Shown one piece after another: positions 61,424 through 64,000 of a stretch of DNA of 64,000 nt. Location of the stretch: contig MCFE01000202.1 in NCBI GenBank assembly GCA_002104905.1, forward strand, positions 62,001 through 126,000, read 5' to 3'. Below the pieces are notes generated by a model. The model searched no databases. It was given only the letters and a program-made list of their open reading frames with translations, and had not been told where the DNA came from. Position 1 is the first letter of the stretch, and every line of letters begins with the position of its first letter. Both the position numbers and the translations under genes were made by a program. The stretch comes from Basidiobolus meristosporus CBS 931.73 (taxonomy: Eukaryota > Fungi > Basidiobolomycota).

Positions 61424-61470
61424 AGAGGTGGCCAAGGCGCTGCGTTCTGGTCGCAATCTCTTCAAAGGCC
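61424..61470 (+). pseudogene. Decayed tRNA-Leu(CAG)-derived fragment
   Basis: GAGGTGGCCAAGGCGCTGCGTTCTGGTCGCAATCTCTTC aligns with the D/anticodon/variable region of the tRNA-Leu at 33579-33660. Confidence 0.6.
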
Positions 61471-61699
61471 TCACTGCAGTTGACATTATGGTTGCTATCC
61501 ATTCCAAGATCTCCTCAATAATAATTGCTTGGGCTATGGGTCTTTAGCTATTTTGCATTCCAAGACTATAAATTCCACATTATTGAGTTATATTAGCATC
61601 TTTTGCTATACACTTTGACACTCTTACAATATTGTCAATCAATGATAGCTACTACCACCTGAACAGTAGACAATAAGCTCTACTGGATTAACATGCAAT

Positions 61700-63400
61700 A
61701 CATTACATCCTCTTTGAAGAGTACAGGTCTCCAAGCCCTTTGAGCTTGCTGAGTATGAGTAGTGGAGAGTATCTGCCAAGTTATACTGGCTATAAAGAAG
61801 GAAGGCATTATAGAGACTGTAGTTTACATCATTATAACTCAGTTTTTGACTGCCCTGTATTATGTTGGGTTTGACTGGTGTCTTCAGTGGACTAACTTGA
61901 TTACATGGCACTATCAGTAGTAATGTCCGCAATATCACAGGAGTGCTAATTACAATGTTTCAATTGCATAAATAACATCAAGCAGAAAACCTTATTGTAT
62001 CATTTCTTTGTTAATAAATTGATGCCATTCATATCACCATCTAGATTAGTCTTCTGTCTATCCATAGTAGCTACCCTTGGTTTCCAAACTACTATCCTCC
62101 AGAATGGTATAGACAACTTCTGTAAGGAACCCACTTGAGTGCCTCATCATTGCAATTTGCGGTGGAATTTAGCACTTCCATTCTATGCACATCATTGGGA
62201 TCCTCTACAGGTTTTATGTGCTCTATCATTTGCAAGTTACAAATCACTGAATCATAAAGTCTTCACCAAATATTTATATTCCATGCTTAAAGCAATTTAA
62301 CATGAAAATACCTACAACCAAGATAATGCTGTCAATGAGGGAATGGTGCAGGAGACAAAGAGGCTAATGTTGAAATATTCTCAAAAATATATTTATCATA
62401 ACTCTTAAAAATTAGTCTTTTCCTTTCTTACTACAACTTTGGACATCATTTGTTAATAAGCAAAAGCTATACTAGGTTGCTGGCTAATTCTAATAGTGTT
62501 GCAGCCAAAGTGAGTCATTTCAAATCTGGTATTGATTGAACACTAAAGCTTAATACCTTGGTATAGCAACAAGCATATATTTCTAGCAATGGTAGCAGCA
62601 AATCAAGTGGTAGAGCTACTGCCAGTGAAAAATGACTCCAAGCTTTATCAATCTTGCTTGCTGCAAGCTATGTACAATTGTAAGCACATTAAGTGATCTG
62701 CACAGCTTGCTCTAGGCAATTGTAAACAAGCAATATGCATTGTATGTGCTCAGAGGGCTGCATCAGGACATAAAATGAAGCACTATTCAAACAGTGCTCT
62801 GCTCCCTCCTGCATAGCATACTCAAGTGCTTTGGCTCCACCCTTCATTTGATGACTAGGTCCAGCATGATACTTGGTATTGAAGCAGTAACCACAGCTTG
62901 AAGAGTGGCAAGACCAAGAATCACTACCACAGTAGCAAAGCACATATTGAGGGCTGAATAATATAATTGCAACTATGTGGGCTACTTTATAGCATGGTGG
63001 GCTATTTATTATGGCTATCAGGGTGAATTTTATTAGATAGCATTCTGTTGTGGGCTTTATTGAGGATTGAGTGTTGAATTCATTGTTCTACTACTCTACA
63101 ACTACCTGAAGTCCATGGTTTCCATCATTAGTATGCTTCATGATCAACACCCTTACTTCTTAAAAGGCACCATTTCAGTGCTAATATTTCCATCAATTGC
63201 TGGTTACTTTACAATATCAATAATTCTAGTGGACAAGTTACTGTCTTTAGCACCTATTATTCACTGTCTGTTACCACCTAGGTATGCAACTCTACTAATG
63301 TTACAGAAATAAGAATCTCAAACGGCTATTAAAGCCATTGCTTTAATACAACATCTCAGCGTATTGGCAGTAACTTGACATGTTGAAGGAATAGCATTGA
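61700..63400 (-). mobile_element. Degenerate hAT-type DNA transposase remnant (DUF659-like)
   Basis: Minus-strand fragments in the expected order: QAVVT (cf. VQVVTDNA), AEHCLN (cf. CAAHCLNL), NTRF (cf. TRFAT). CpG-depleted; ends not defined. Confidence 0.5.
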
Positions 63401-64000
63401 AAGTGTGCTGTTATCTGCAGTACTTGAAATGGACTAACACATGTTGAAACAAGTATAAATAGGTAATCTGGTGGATGTAATCAATATAACTGCTTAATAG
63501 CATTTCTAGTATCAAGTTTTAGATGTCACTTGGCTAATGTTGATCTTACTAGTGAGATATTTATTGCATATTGTTGTGCATCAACATTTAAAACTTGGCC
63601 AATTTCACTACGTTAGAAAATCTAGTATCCTAACTGATTTTCCCTAACCCAAACATAACTAATCCCTGTTATGGTTTATTTTATCACTTCTCAGAATCTA
63701 TTTTTTGCTGTCACACCTGATCAATTTTTGTGTGGTCATTACATCCTCAACTGATCTGCTAAGCCTTTCCAAGTGATTAGTTATCTGAGATTTCTCCAAC
63801 TACTTAGCAGTTGCCAAGACATCAGCCAATTAATGATGCAATTTTTCACTTATCTTATGCACCTATCAACACCCCAACAGATTTGAATTAGTCCAGTCTC
63901 TTGGCACTTACTAATGCTACTCAATCAGAAAAGTATAAATAAAGTTTACTGAACCTTTTGGTTTAGTGTGTGTCTCAACAAAATTAAAATTGTGCCTCAG

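Noticed and set aside
61146-61470. Permuted or split tRNA gene
   Set aside because: The halves are degenerate, lack complementary acceptor strands and do not rebuild a cloverleaf.

Overview
Eukaryotic window, most likely an early-diverging fungus: 50-70 nt GT-AG introns, fungal-type prolidase and uricases, and animal-like CASTOR and Ki-67-type genes. A Basidiobolus-like host is a guess that the sequence cannot confirm. Gene-dense blocks with normal CpG alternate with nearly CpG-free transposon debris (Ty1/copia, Penelope-like, gypsy gag, LINE, hAT). Highlights: (1) a ~1990-aa Ki-67-like protein with an FHA domain, two PP1-docking modules and four 'IAxLFxTP'-type repeats; (2) an array of eight long, modular, CCC-containing metallothionein copies (4 intact, 4 decayed) with conserved promoter motifs; (3) two different LTRs sitting 8 and 11 bp upstream of the only two complete tRNA genes, suggesting Ty3-like Pol III targeting; (4) an intact multicopper oxidase that has lost 4 of 8 trinuclear His ligands but keeps the T1 site; (5) a head-to-head pair of divergent uricases; (6) a tandem pair of secreted Gly/Asn-rich 'GAGAYDSG' repeat proteins and other small secreted or PY-motif proteins. 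Intron-containing gene models were assembled by eye and need RNA-seq confirmation.
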